Shown here: one piece after another, positions 1 to 13,222 of the stretch
Numbering within the stretch: the first letter of the stretch is position 1
Layout: every line of letters starts with the position of its first letter
Source: Amphiscolops sp. MND2022
Taxonomy: Eukaryota
Assembly: GCA_964187785.1 (NCBI GenBank)
Contig: OZ076409.1
Span: forward strand, 22,384,001 to 22,448,000
Direction: 5' to 3'
Length of the DNA: 64,000 nt
Program-made: the position numbers and the translations under genes
The notes under the pieces: generated by a model
The model's database searches: none
Seen by the model: only the letters and a program-made list of their open reading frames with translations
What the model was told of the DNA's origin: nothing

Positions 1-935
1 ATTTTCTTTGTAGTGTAGCTGGCTGTACGTGTGATCGCGTGACCAACTTTGAGCCCAATACCACGTTTCCAACACTTGAACAAGCCATTTGAGTGATTTT
101 CGAAAACAGTTGAAAAATCCAAAAATCGTTGAAAAAGGCTCTAGCTTGGAGCTGGAGGCAATCATCAGCTACTGTAGGTTATTTTTCTGACTTGTGCGGC
201 TGACGAAACGTGCTGTGTCATTTTTTACCCAGTACGATTGATAAAACTGAATTTGATTCAGTTCAGACACACGTCTTGAACAAAATTCCAAAAAACGCCA
301 GAAAAACTATCAGTGTAAACCTTCAATACTTCCGCTGTACGGGAGGCAAACCCAAAAAGCCTTCATTTTCGAATGGAAGGGACCCAATAGACCTTCCTGG
401 GTGCAAACGAGGCAAATCCCACAGTTCAAAAAAATTGCCGGCAGGGGTCATAGATTATAGACTCTTCTGGGATTTCGAAATTTGATTCTGAACAGTGCAA
501 GTCAGCAGTTTTAAGTGCCTGCGACGCACTCTGGACTACATTTTTCCAAAAGAAAATCTCTAGGAGTTACCTTGAGCAGGGTTTTCGATATCCAAAAGAG
601 ACCCTGAGTGTTCCGATTTAGCCATAATCACGAGATTTTGGGAGGAGCAACTTCCTGGTGACGAAAAATTTGACCGGATTGCCCGAGTGTGAAACCTTTT
701 TGAACACTCTGGTGCCTCATTTTGGTGTTATTCCGCTGCTGTATCGAGTAGCATCAACGCCGAATATTACGCCAAATTTGCAGAGAACTCTTTTGGGTAA
801 TTGCAAAATACCCAAATCTCTTGAGGTTGAGAGGTCGACAAACCGCTCGACTGTCTGTTTGGTGCGCACTATCCAACTTGGCTGCAGCAATTTGCTCGAG
901 AGCAAAATTTTCTAGTCCACTGAGCAGTCTGCAAA

Positions 936-2873
936 GTGTTGAGCAGTTTTCAGCACGCTGTGATTGCTAGAAATTCTCTTGACTTTGACCCTGACTTGGG
1001 TACACAGGTTGTTCTAGTGATGCAGTTCGGAAGCTCTAAAGCTAAAATTAAACATGGGAAAATCTCCCGCCGCCTCCGTTCCTTTTTTTCAAGGGGAAGG
1101 AGTGTCCGTGCAGCACAACCATTGGATAATCATGATGTTCAACCTCAAAATGAATCCCAAATGGTAGATGAACATGACCGATCGACGAAGTTAGAGGATT
1201 TGAACTTGAAAGATTGGCCTCTGGAGGATAGTTTCAAACCTGTCTCCAATTTTCTAGACTCAATGTTATCTAACTCTCAGGATACCGTGCTGGAGAGGAG
1301 CATAAGGACTGCCAGTCCTAGTTCAGTATCGTCGTCGAAAAGGTCTCTCCATGAAACCAGTATTCAGATTTATCAGAAACAGGACCAACAATCAAAGGCC
1401 TTGGAGCAGCAGATGGATGAGATGTCAATCTTTTCGGCACAAGGCACACGTCGCAGGGAGAAACTGCTAGCGCGAGCGCTAGCACAAATGCAGTCGATAA
1501 ATGCAGAAGTGCAGGCCCACCTCAGAAATGCCGATATCAATGTTTCAAACGACCTCAAATCAGAACCATTGACACCGCCAACAAAAGACAAGGGGGTGGA
1601 CCCAATATCTTTGGACACTACAACCAAGGGTATTGCTGACACTTTGCCTGAATATCACGCCGGTGATAATGGGCTGCGCGAGCGCAACCTCTACTCAAGT
1701 GATACGAAGAATGAACGAATATCTATCTCATCCTCCATTTCCTTATCGCAGGATTCTTTAAGCAACTCTCACTTCCCTGGAATAAAGTCCCTAATATCAA
1801 CTACGAAGTTGCTACCGAGTTTGCTGAAAGACTCCTTTGAGCCACAATCTGCTACATCTAACGCTGGAATGAAACCTCCGGAAAAATTCCAACGCCTCTG
1901 CTTCCTTTTGAAGGGGGGAGGGGGCACCAGCGCAGCACAACCAATCGATGAACCGGCCTCGATATCTTCGAACAACGCAACCATGGGCATGGCTCATACG
2001 TCGCCTATGGATCGAGGCGGGTTGCTCGATGACAATCATGGTACTGATGACCCAAAGGATGAATTGATATCTCCCGAACAGTGGAAATTCACGGAAGCGA
2101 TATCCAAAACTATAGCTAAAGTGTTGGCACCCTTGATTGCCAATCGTGATCAAACCGCTGTTCGACCAACTTTATACAGAGGTTCGAAAGACGGGACTGT
2201 TGAAGAGTAGTTGCTCGTGATGAAACGGTATTTGGAGCGAGTTTATTCGAATGCTTCACCTGTCGACAAGGCCTGGGCGATAATCGATCACTTAGGTGAT
2301 GAAGCTCGAAGTTTTATAATCAACAAACCGGAGTCCGAGCGGGATTCTCACGAGAAGGTGACTACCTTGCTCTCCAGTAGATTTGGGACTGGGAGTAACC
2401 GCTGGCCAGTGAGGCAGGCTTTCAGGCTGCGAAGTCAATTTGAAAGAGAGGACCTGATGCAATATCTAGATGCATTGGAGGGTCTGAGGAGTCAGTGTTT
2501 TCCCAATGAGCCTATCACTACCTGACGCTATGAAATCTTGCATCGGTTCATGGATGGGGTCAGCGATCCCGTGTTGCAACGAGAACTGACGGTAGTGTTT
2601 GCGACTGAGGCGTATCTAGCCGACCCACCTACCGTGGAGTCACTTCGGTTCACTGTACAGGAACTCCAAAGGAGTCGTCACCAAAAACAGCCTCGTGACC
2701 CGAGACTGTACCTTATCAGTGCCTACAGAGACACCAAGTGCCGGTGTCACCAGTGGCTCCGCAGCATGAATCCCCTTGCACGCCGGTCGGCGCGATTGCC
2801 GATGCCGGCTGCGTCAGTACACACAGCCCCTGAATACAGACAGACCGCAACCTTAGAGCAATCCGCGCGCTGA
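936..2873 (+). pseudogene. gag: Element A gag (low-complexity N-terminus plus capsid-like domain), in-frame stops
   Basis: ORFs 936-2210, 2211-2525 and 2538-2873 share a frame, broken by TAG and TGA; YRGSKDG...KAWAIIDHLGDEARSF...LLSSRFG is gag-like and matches element B; first ATG at 1020; no CCHC knuckle visible in this copy. Confidence 0.85.
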
Positions 2874-5800
2874 TTGCAGAGTGCTTGCGCGAGACGCAAG
2901 CTGGTGGTGCATCGCCCGGAGCTTATTCTTGACCCAGATAGTGAGCCCCAGCAAGGTGCTGCAGCAGCGGTTCCAGCGCCTGCTGTCCCAGTGAAATCGT
3001 GCACAACTGAGGTGTCTGCAGGTTGTCCAACATTATCAATCCAGTCAGAAACTTCCAGCCCTAGGGCTGAAGAAAAGAAGAAAACGGATGAAACGCAAAC
3101 CCTGTCTACTGCCTCTGGCAGGGTATTAATGCTACGTCCAGCTGACCAAGCCACCGTAAATGCTCCATTGACTGTCACATGTGGCACAAAGCAGGTGCAG
3201 ACAGGTTTGGAGTACACAACGTTTGACCCTAGCGGCCGGACTTTATTGTCTGTACACCTAGTGCTGGCCTCGGAGCAACAAATACGCCCAGATTTGACCT
3301 TGGAAAAATTGAAGCTGGAGTTGGCCAGCAACCCGGCTGTCAAGAGGATCTCCTTGCCACTGCCAAAGGACTGGTACACTGAAGGCGAAGCTAGCACATG
3401 CACGGCATATTCTCCTTTTCCTGTGCACGCTAACATAGATGGCGTGGACATGAAATTTGATGCTAGCGTGGTGGTAAATGTGTTCCCTCAAGGAGTGTGC
3501 CTAGGGCCACATGAATTACGCTGCTATAGCATCAGCAAGCAGGAGCCCACAGGTGAGGCCCGCATAGATGAGCGTGCGTCGCTCGTAGTATCTTTGGCAG
3601 TGCCAGATGCCAACCCTATTCCACTGAGAGGAATGGTCGACACGGGGTCAGGCGTATCAATCATGAGTTTCTCAGCCTTCAACCGTGTAGCCTTGCGGAC
3701 AGGTGTAGCGCTACAACCTTACCGAAGCGACTTGTATGCTGCTAATGGGAAGACGATGAAAACTTTCGGCATAGCGGAGCGCTTGCGCTTCCAGCTAGGT
3801 CGGTATGAACTCGAAACTAATTTTGTGGTCGTTGATGACGCACATGGTTTGGAAGATTTCTTGCTGGGTAGGAATTTTCTGCGAGCATACAACGTGCTGG
3901 TAGATCTGACCTCCATGAAAATTGTGGTGCGAGCACCGGCTAAGCCCGTGTGGCATCACGCACACGCCCAGACAAGTGACGAAGCTTCATCCAGTACAAT
4001 AGTTTTGGATCAAGACGTAGTGCTCCAGCCATTTGAACGTGCTGTTTCACGAGCTAACTTGGTCACTTCAAACTTGGAAGCTTTTGCTTTCAGTAATGTT
4101 GTGATTAACTTTGCAACACCGAACCGATTGCTGAAGAACACTATATTCGTGGAAAACACTATAGCCACTGTTGGAGAGACAGGTTCGTTCTATGTCTCTG
4201 TTGGCAATCTGACAAGCAATGCCCAGAAAGTGAAGTGCGGCACCATGCTTGATACTGCTGCGCCAGTACGCCTAGTCTACCATGCAGTCCCCCAAAGTGC
4301 GCTATCTCACAAAGGCAAAAGTGACGAAAAATCGGATTCCCCAAATGAGTTTGTCAACAGGGTCTATTCTGAAATGGATCTGAACTCGCATTCAAAATGT
4401 TCGTCGTCGTCGGAGTTCGAGTTTCTCTCCTCTACAGACCCAGCGGAGGAGGGGTTGTTAGAGCGCGAGATCAGGAAGCGCACTGACCCTGATCTCTTGG
4501 CCCCTATTCATGGACCCAAATCTCAGTTGGCGGAGGTACAAAAGTTGTGGGGACAGACAGCCCGCGACTCGCTGAACAACATCCTTACGGATTTTGATGA
4601 CCTATTCATGAAGCACAAAGCAGACATTGGTCGCTGCACAATAGCCAAGCATCCTGTTGAGTTGGAGCCTGGGACTACACCGCACCGTGAAGGCGCGAGA
4701 AGAATGTCTCCTGACAAGGCGGAGCGCGCCAATCAGGAGGTACGCAATATCCTGGCTTTGGGCATGATCCAACCTTCGCTGTCACCTTGGGCGAGTGGAA
4801 TTGTGATGGTTAAAAAGAAAAATGGGGAGTTGCGATTCTGTTGCGACTTTCGCCTCCTCAACGCTGTCACAATAAAGGACGCGTATCCCCTCCCACGCAT
4901 CGATGAAAGCCTTTCATGCTTGGGTAATGCCAAGATTTACACTAGCATTGATTTGGCCTGGGTTTTCTGGCAGATACCAGTCCGCAAAGCAGATAGGCAG
5001 AAAACGGCCTTTGCCTGCGAGCTGGGTTTGTTTGAATGGAGGCGTATGCCCTTTGGGATGTGTAACGCTTCAGCTACTTTCCAGCGAGCCATAGCGCGAG
5101 CGCTACGGAAAATTGTGAATCGGGAAGGAAGCATGGTGATGGCGTACATTGACGACATCGTCATTGCTACCGAGACAGTCGAGGACCACATGGTACCCTT
5201 ACGCGAGGTCTTTGAATGTCTGAGCGAAGCTGGCTTCAAAATGAGAGTCGCTAAGTGCGACTTAATGAAGTCGGAAATCAAGTAACTGGGACGTGTGGTC
5301 TCTGCCGAAGGTATCAAACCTGATCCCAAAGCAGTGGCAAAACTACGCGATTGGGAAGTACCGATGAACAAAACAGAGATGCAAAGCTTTTTGGGCTTCG
5401 CCAACTATTATCGAGAGTTTATTCCCTGGCACGCCAAGCTTGTGGCCCACTTGCAGCTATTACCGGCCTGGGCGCGCTTTTCGCCTGGGGGGATGAGCAG
5501 CAACAAGCTTTCAACGCCGTCAAATTGGCTTTGATCGAGGCAACTGCCTTGGCGCAACCGGACTCGGAGGGCGAATTTGTGCTGGACACTGATGCCAGTG
5601 CTGTCGCAATTTCCGGCATTTTGCATCAGTGGCATGGTCCTCCGGGCGAAAGGCGCCTGAGACCAATTGTGTATGGTAGCAAGAAGTTGAATGCCACTCA
5701 AGCGAAGTATGGCGCTCCCAAGCTCGAAATGTACGCAGCTTATTATTTCATTTTGAAGAATCACAGTTATCTCTGCTCCAGAAAGTTCATCCTTCGAGTT

Positions 5801-8800
5801 GACAATCAAGCTCTCTCTTGGCTCAAAACGTATTCCACTGATCAGGCCTTGATTGGTCGATGGGTTATGGCACTCGAGAAGTACCATTTCAAAGTGGAGC
5901 ATCGCCCCAGGACACAGCATAGGAATGCCGATGGTCTCAGTAAACGAACCAATGGTTATCGGCGGCGAGAGAAGCAGCTAGAGAAGCTGCCAGCTGTAAC
6001 GGACAAAAGGAATTTTCTCTCACAGGAGGAGTTTGACCAGCTGCCCGTTGCACCTTGGTTCAATTTGCATGGTCGGGTGATACCAATCACCCCCAATTGC
6101 CCGCTCACTTGCAGAACACCAATCAGATCCCACAAATGCAGTTTGTCGTGTTGCACGACGGCGTAAGCGCCGTCAGGCCGCTGAGAAAAGGGAGAGGGCG
6201 CTACGCGCTCCTCTACCTGAGGCGCTAGTGCCTACATCGCAAACTCACGAAGACTTCTATCCAGATTATCCTGAGGACTGGATTGACGTCACTGAAGAGG
6301 CTAGGCAAGATTACTTGCTGCCTACACATGTGGCAAATATCCCCTCACGCATGACATAAGCCCTTGACGGAACAGTGGAGCAAGCCAAGGCTTCCGCGGT
6401 GGTTCCCAACGGTGGTTAGGCAAGCCATCAAAGACATAGACACGGAACTTCATGAACATGCCAACACGGTGCATGGCATCAAGGATCTGCTTTTGGCGCA
6501 GAATCGTGATGTGCATGTTCTAGCCAAAAAGAAGTTGGTAGCACAAGAGTCTATTGATCATTACATTTTCCCTGACGACGTGCGTGCGTTCGCGCGTAAC
6601 TATTACAAGCAGAAAAAAGATCTCCTGTTTGTAAACAAAAATGGAATTCTTTATGTTAAGTATCCACCTCAGCAACGTGCATTGCACGAACGTCCGTGCA
6701 TGATTGTAATGCCACAATTGTACCAGCATGAAATTTTGTTTCGTGCTCATGATGCCATGGGCCACCAAAGCATTGCAAAGGTGGTGTCGCGAATCCAAGA
6801 ACGCCATACATGGCCAGGTATTCGCCGCAGCGTTGGTCAGTACGTGAGTCAGTGCCTCACGTGCCAGCAAGTACGTGACAGGCCGGGTGACGTTCGGTTT
6901 CACCTGCAAAATATCCAAAGTGGGTACTTCAATGAGCTGGTCCAGTATGACCATCTAAAAATATGCCCCTCCGATAACAGTAACACCGGCTTATTGGTGA
7001 TAATTGACCATTTCTCCAAGTTTCCGGAGGCTGTACCCTGCAGCCATGAGGATTACGATGCAGTGACTACGTCTAGGTTGCTTTTGCAGAAATGGTTTGC
7101 CAGACACGGCACGCCTACGCGGATGCAATCAGACAATGCCTCCAACTTGACTGCAGATGTATCCAATGAGTTCATGAGGGCATTTCAGGTCACAAAAATT
7201 ACCTCTACGGCGGGTCATCCGCGCACCCAAGGCCTGGTTGAACGACAAAATTGGACTTTGCTGACTTTGTTGCGGGTATTCTGCTCGCGTCGCATGAGAG
7301 ATTGGGACCAGCATTTGGATGAAGTCATGGGAGCGTATAATTCAACGCGCCATGCCACAACTGGGTTTTCACCCTACATGCTGACCCGAGGGACCGAAAA
7401 GGCTATTCCTCTCACCTATCTGTATCCGGAGTTCGCAGCCAGATCAATTGAATCGCATGGAGCTTATGTGGAGAATATTCTTGCTCGCCAGCAAGAGATT
7501 CATGACTTGGTGCGTAGAAACACGCATCAGGTGCAACAACGTCAAAAGCTAAAGTATGATCGAGCTATTTGTGCAAACGCATACAATGTGGTAGACCCCG
7601 TTTGGGTATTCTGCCGCTATGTACCTCAAAAAGGATCACCGAAGTTGATGAGAGCTTGGCGTGGCCCGCACAAGGTTGTCCATGTACTACAAGATGCCTG
7701 CGTCTATATCCTGGACTCAGGACAAAAAGTGCACATTGAGCGGCTGAAACCTCATCATGGTGGCCCTACGGAGTTTGTTGCGCTTCCCTCGGGGAGCGGC
7801 GAAGTGGTCGTTGTAATGGATCCTGAACCTGAGCACTCTGCTGAGGAGATCCGAGACGACTGCTCACAACCCTCATATCGCTAGGAAGAACCGCTTTCTG
7901 AAGCATCAGATGTATCGCTACCATCAAGGAGACGCCACTGGATGGACACCAGGTTGCGTACTAGACTGCGAGCTGGAGGCAGTTGTCTCCACTATCAGCA
8001 ATTTGACTATTCCAGTTCCGACCCAGAGCGTTCGCGCTCTGACGACTTGCTGTCAGATGCCCGAGATCATTCTCAGGCTGAATCTCCGGCGCTATTCGAA
8101 GCTTCAATGCCTCCCGATGAACAACCTTGGTCATTTGAACCTGCCAATGACTACGAGCTTCCATTTTCATCCGAACCTGAAGTTATTCCGGAGGTACCTC
8201 AATCGCAAGATATTCCCGTTGCAACTGAAGAAGCCGAAGAATCACTAGCGGGTACATCTGCTCCTCTGTTGACGAATCCTACATTGACGGATGTGCCTAT
8301 TAGTATTCCCCAATTGCCGAATGGTACCTCCAACCTCCAAAACACTGAAACCCGCGATACCGAGTTATCCAACACCAACGAGCCAACTGCTCGGAACAAG
8401 GTCCCTAGCACGCGTGGTAGGGGCAGATCGCGAGCTGCTCTATCCCGTTGTTCGACACGAGCAACAAATTCCCGGTCACAGAACATGAGCGTGCGCGCTC
8501 AAAGGACTCCCAGCCGCAGAGGACGTCCTCGAGGACGACCTCCTCGGAGGCCACGAGGACAAACTATTTTTTCACTGCAAACAGCTTGTGAAATTGACAC
8601 ACAGCCATCAATTACATCGGATTCTGACCATGATGCGCCCACCGCGCAGCTTACATCCGATGTTGACCAAGGCGCAACGCAGGTTAACCCACACTATGGC
8701 TTACGCCGGAATCGAGTACCTCAATATCGATGTGGAACCTGTGGGTTTCGCGATTGCACTTGTGTCATGGCTCTGAACAAATCGCCCACTTTCCCACTTG

Positions 8801-10112
8801 GACCTGTAAAAGCTCCGGTGGATCCAAAGCCTCAACCTTTTATCCACAATGGAAAGCTTCTTGTCAGTCGCGTTGTCATCCACGCAGAGAAGACATACAC
8901 CGGTCTAGAAAGAGAATGTATCTTCCCTGTGGATGTCGTGCTGGAAGAATTATCTAAATCCAAGATTGCTGAGGAACCTTGTCCTCGCTTCAAGGAGTGG
9001 ACGAGCGATCTCTGTCTATTGGAATTCACACTTGCCGTCACAGTGCCTCCTGTCACTCCTAACATTGTATTTGGACCTTTCAATTATGAGAAGGAACCCA
9101 TCCAAATGGTCCGCTGTATTACCGCTGACCTCCTATCTGACAAATACGGCATCACCTGTCATCCTGGTGAAGTGTATCGCCCAGCCCAAAATTGGTGGTT
9201 GCTTGTAACTGCCCAACATGCTCACTCTTTGGTCCAGCCTGACAGCTTGCGGAGCTGTCTAGAGAGTTTGCGGACTGTTGTCACTGAGGAACTCATTTTG
9301 TGCTTCCACATCGTTGATCTTTATCGTGGAAAACTACGGTTCCGATGGTGGCTAGAGCTGATTATCACTTTGTTCGCCAGCTTCCCTCGTATCCGCCTTT
9401 TGGATGATTGGACCCATTCCTTTACCGCGCCTGTAACGATCCACACTGCACTTGGTACCCTGGATTCATGGTCAACAGCAAATGTGGATAATCAGTCTCT
9501 GTCGAGGTCCGTATGGCAGGATCTATCTGCTATTCGTGGACAGAACCATATAGACCCAGCTGATGAAAAAGGCCCCGGACGTCAGATTGTGTTTCCTGGT
9601 GCCCTACGACCAAATTTGGTCGATTACATTGTTTACGACCAAATTGACTTCTTGCAGGTGCAGGGCCACGTAGCAATTTGCTGCCCTGCAGACCTTAACA
9701 CCAATTCCGCTGCCTTGCGCTACTTTCTTCGCGAGTGTGGCAGCGACAAAATATTCCAACTTCGTCCAACAGTTGGTGAAGTCCTAACTCACCCATCCTC
9801 ATTGTCTTTAATGGATAATCAGGTTATTCACTTGATTCATCCGACGTCATGATAACACGCCCCTCCCAGCGTTCACCACAAATCACCGATGACTTTTTCC
9901 TATGCTTGGAGCACTTGAAAGCTTCATTATTGTCCAACGAAACCCCTGATATTCACTTCACCATAGTGGACCCTGAGCGCCCACTTCGCAGCTTGGACAA
10001 TTTTTATCATAGTGTCATGGACGTTTTTGCAGGAACTGATATCACTGTATTTCTGCATGACCGCGTCTATGTCTCCATTGCCAGCATTGAACAATTTCGT
10101 GGCATCACTTAG
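2874..10112 (+). pseudogene. pol: Element A pol: protease, RT, RNase H, integrase and long C-terminal extension (AT-hooks, Cys motif, two macrodomain-like units)
   Basis: Protease VDTGSGVS and LLGRNFL; RT SPWASGIVMV, MPFG, YIDD; RNase H LDTDASA, RVDNQAL, HRNADGLS; IN HDAMGH...CLTC, YDH/SDN/GLVER, WRGPH; broken by stops (5283, 7882) and frameshifts. Confidence 0.95.
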
Positions 10113-11200
10113 CTTAAACGTAAAATTTTTTTGCTTAATTTTCTATTTGCTATCCTGATATCTCATGCTTGATACGCGGTGCTTATTACCTTCTGGTAGC
10201 ATGCGTTGAAATCCATTGCCCAAACCACACTCCACTTCTTTTCGCGGGGGGGAAGGGGTGTTTTCAACGCCCAATCCATTCTCTCGCATTTTTTGTTAGT
10301 CATTGCTATCTTTAGATTAATGAAGGTGCTCAACGATTAAAGCCCGGGGAGCCCCAGTGCAATAAATAACCCAAAAACTCTACATGTATTGCTACGCCCG
10401 AAAGGTGCTATTTTTGTTTTTTTTTCAAGATTTCCAGAAGTTTCCTACAGATTCCAACGTTTCATCCGGGAAAATAAGAAGCGCCGCGCTCCTGATCTGC
10501 AATTGGCAAGTTTTGATCTACCTTTGTCTGCTTTACTCCAGTGCTTACTCTTACGAGCAGTTCGTAGTTTGCTTCTGATGCGCTCCTTGACAGATGCTAC
10601 TGAACTCTATACAGGTATGGAGCTGCACATCAGTGCGTGTTGCCCAAACCAAACCGAACTGTAAAAAAAGTATCGAAGAAACAGCTTGTCTTCCTTTTAA
10701 ACAGTGGTTTTTCCACTGGAAAGAAGTTTTAGCGAAAAGAACTTTTAACTGTGCTGCAAACTGAAGTTTTATTGCCGTGGAAAAGATGTTTTTGCTGAAA
10801 ACCACGTGCGCTTTGGAGCGTGAGCGCTCCGTAAAAGAAATTTTAGACGTCCAAAAACCAAAGTGCTAGCAGGATCCTATTCAGACTTTTGCAGAAAACT
10901 CGTGCTAAAAAAGTGGTGCTTTTTTTGATTGATGTATGGAATCTTGGATTTGATCAATTTCAAGGTGCATTTTTGAGTACTGATTTTCTAGCTCTCGAGC
11001 TAGCTCTGTTTCAACAGTTTCTGGACGATGCAGGTTCTCTGGATGGCAAGAAGCAAGACCTCATGGTTGCCCAATCAGCAAGAGATGACAGTGCCACTGG
11101 ACCGTTGCAACATCACCAGTTTGAGATCCCCGTGGATTGCACTCATGATGTGGCGATGTATTCAATGCCAGCCTGTCCGCATGACAGGGACGTCATGCAT

Positions 11201-11216
11201 AAAGACCGGGGAGTGA
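11201..11216 (+). promoter_or_regulatory. Polypurine tract of element A
   Basis: AAAGACCGGGGAGTGA directly before the LTR start TGTAAC. Confidence 0.7.
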
Positions 11217-11992
11217 TGTAACGGCAAGCTCTGGTACAGCAATATCAACCGATTTTGCAACTTTGACATGTTCAGAAATTTTGTCAAAAATTCTAATCCG
11301 ATATGAGACGTGGCACTGAGCATGTGATTGCTCTTTTCGCTGTTTCCACGAAATTGGCAGGTACTTCGACAACAAAGAGCAAGAACGAGCAAAAACACGG
11401 GCGCGCCGCCATGACAGAAGCCAGAGACGGCAAGAACATCCGAAAATAGACTCTTTTTGAGGTGCTAACACCGGTTTTATCGATTTTCAGCATTATGCTA
11501 CCCTATGTAGCGGAAACCGTAAAAATGAGTCTTTTCGCCTAAAGATCCTTGTTTGGTGTTTGGAGCCCCTGCGCCCCACCCAGCTTGTAGCTGTGTGGTT
11601 TGCCATATTCGTGCCTGTTTTCATGTATTTTCAGTGATTTTGGCTGTATTCAGTAGCGCTAGCGCTAGTTTAGATCTTATTCCCCAATTTTAGATCTTAT
11701 TCACATGTCACCCTGGAACTGGAAATTTACCTTATTCTTGGCATTGTTTTTATATGCTAGTTAAGCGGTGGTCTTTAGAGAGTCAGAAAGATGCCCGTTA
11801 CTATTAGCAATCAAAGACTAGGACCGGTTGGACAGTATTCGTCGAAGCACCCGCGGCCCCGGGACGTATTTCACCCCTGGAGGCAAAATGGATCTGTGGC
11901 GATGGGCGCCTGTCCCGAGCGATTCACCCATTCCTGCAGGTTCCTCCACCTCTGTTAACGTGTTAAGCGACCGATAACAGCTTGCCGTTACA
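11217..11992 (+). repeat. 3' LTR of element A (776 bp)
   Basis: Perfect 14-bp terminal inverted repeat TGTAACGGCAAGCT...AGCTTGCCGTTACA; blocks similar to the element B LTR (aaaaattc...gtggcac, tagcgctagcgct, aagatgcc...ttagcaat...gactag, ttcctcca). Confidence 0.9.
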
Positions 11993-13222
11993 TATTGTTG
12001 ACGTTTCTAGTGCAAAATTATGATAATGTGGCTGGTAAGGTACTGGTGTCCACACAGTTCGACAACAAAAATGTTAGATATTTAGATTTTTCTTGAAGTA
12101 AGTGTTTCGGTTCAAAATGGGATGACTTTAATCAAAAGTTGTAATCGAAAAACTTTTTTTTACAGACTTCAATGCATTTTCAAATTGCATTGGCTACTCT
12201 TGAGGCTCGAACCATGTCGTTGTTAAGACTTGTGTATGTCGTCTAGTGTACCATTGGAGCGACACTTTTAACTGCAAGTTTGATCGTGAAATTGAACGGC
12301 TTCATTTTGATTGATAATGCTGGTGTAAAGTTATTTCAAATTGGAAACGGAGGCTTTTGTCTGTATTTAAAGTGTACTGACTGAGGTCGTCTTGTCTTTC
12401 CTTCTTGTCGTGTTTGTTATTTGGATTTTTTAGTGACATTCGTTGGAGAATGGAAATTTACCTCTGTAAGATTGCTTGCTTATTGAGAAAACTTTGAGAA
12501 ACATTAGAAGTAAAAGTTTCTTAGAACTTCAACTAGTTTATATTATATTTTCAGTATTTTTTTCGGACAAAAATTGAGAAAGTTACAAATAGCTGATTTT
12601 GAGCGAAATTGGGACTCTTTGCCGTTATTCCAATTTTAACCGTTTCATCCACAGTTTTTTGACAAGTTTTATGCTTAAATAACTCACTTTCGAAATATCA
12701 AGCTGGAAAAGTAAAAATATGTCTATTTACATGTATTAAGATAGAAAATTACCGTTTCGCGGTTAAAAGATGCTATTGTTTTTTCGTTTAATTTTTTTTG
12801 AAACAAAAATATATATCATCGAAATCTAGATAATCTGCAGAATGCGATGAAATTAAAATTTTCAGGGAAAAATTCAAAAACTCGCTCAAAACTGTGAAAA
12901 CAAAAGTGTTCTTTCTGCGCCTAAGATTTCACTTGATGCGCCAATCAAAATTGAGAATGAGGGCAAATATGCAGTTTTAATTGGTTAATAACGACGCTCA
13001 GCGCATGGGGGACGTTTTCTTAATCACAGCACTGTACATCCGCTGGAAAATCTAAAATCGGAGAAATTTTCAATGAAAACCTAACATTCTGTGACACTGC
13101 TCGGCAGACAAAAATACGCTAAAAGCTCCACAACAGTTAGTTTGTGAGACTTATGTGCAAGTTATCAACACTGCACTCTCTTCTGAGTCCTTTTCTTGGA
13201 AGGCAAAAGTCAAATGACTCTC

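Larger units (their letters stand above)
1..11992 (+). mobile_element. Element A: Ty3/Gypsy LTR retrotransposon, degenerate; 5' LTR lies upstream of the window
   Basis: Domain order PR-RT-RH-IN (Gypsy order) in consecutive + ORFs; ends in a TG...CA LTR preceded by a purine tract; collinear with element B. Confidence 0.95.

Noticed and set aside
10889..11221. 110-aa ORF before the element A PPT as an ORF3 remnant
   Set aside because: Non-ATG start and no visible similarity to element B ORF3
12000..13220. Possible MITE in an AT-rich spacer (ttttgagcga / tcgctcaaaa)
   Set aside because: Only a 10-bp inverted match with no TSD or defined ends
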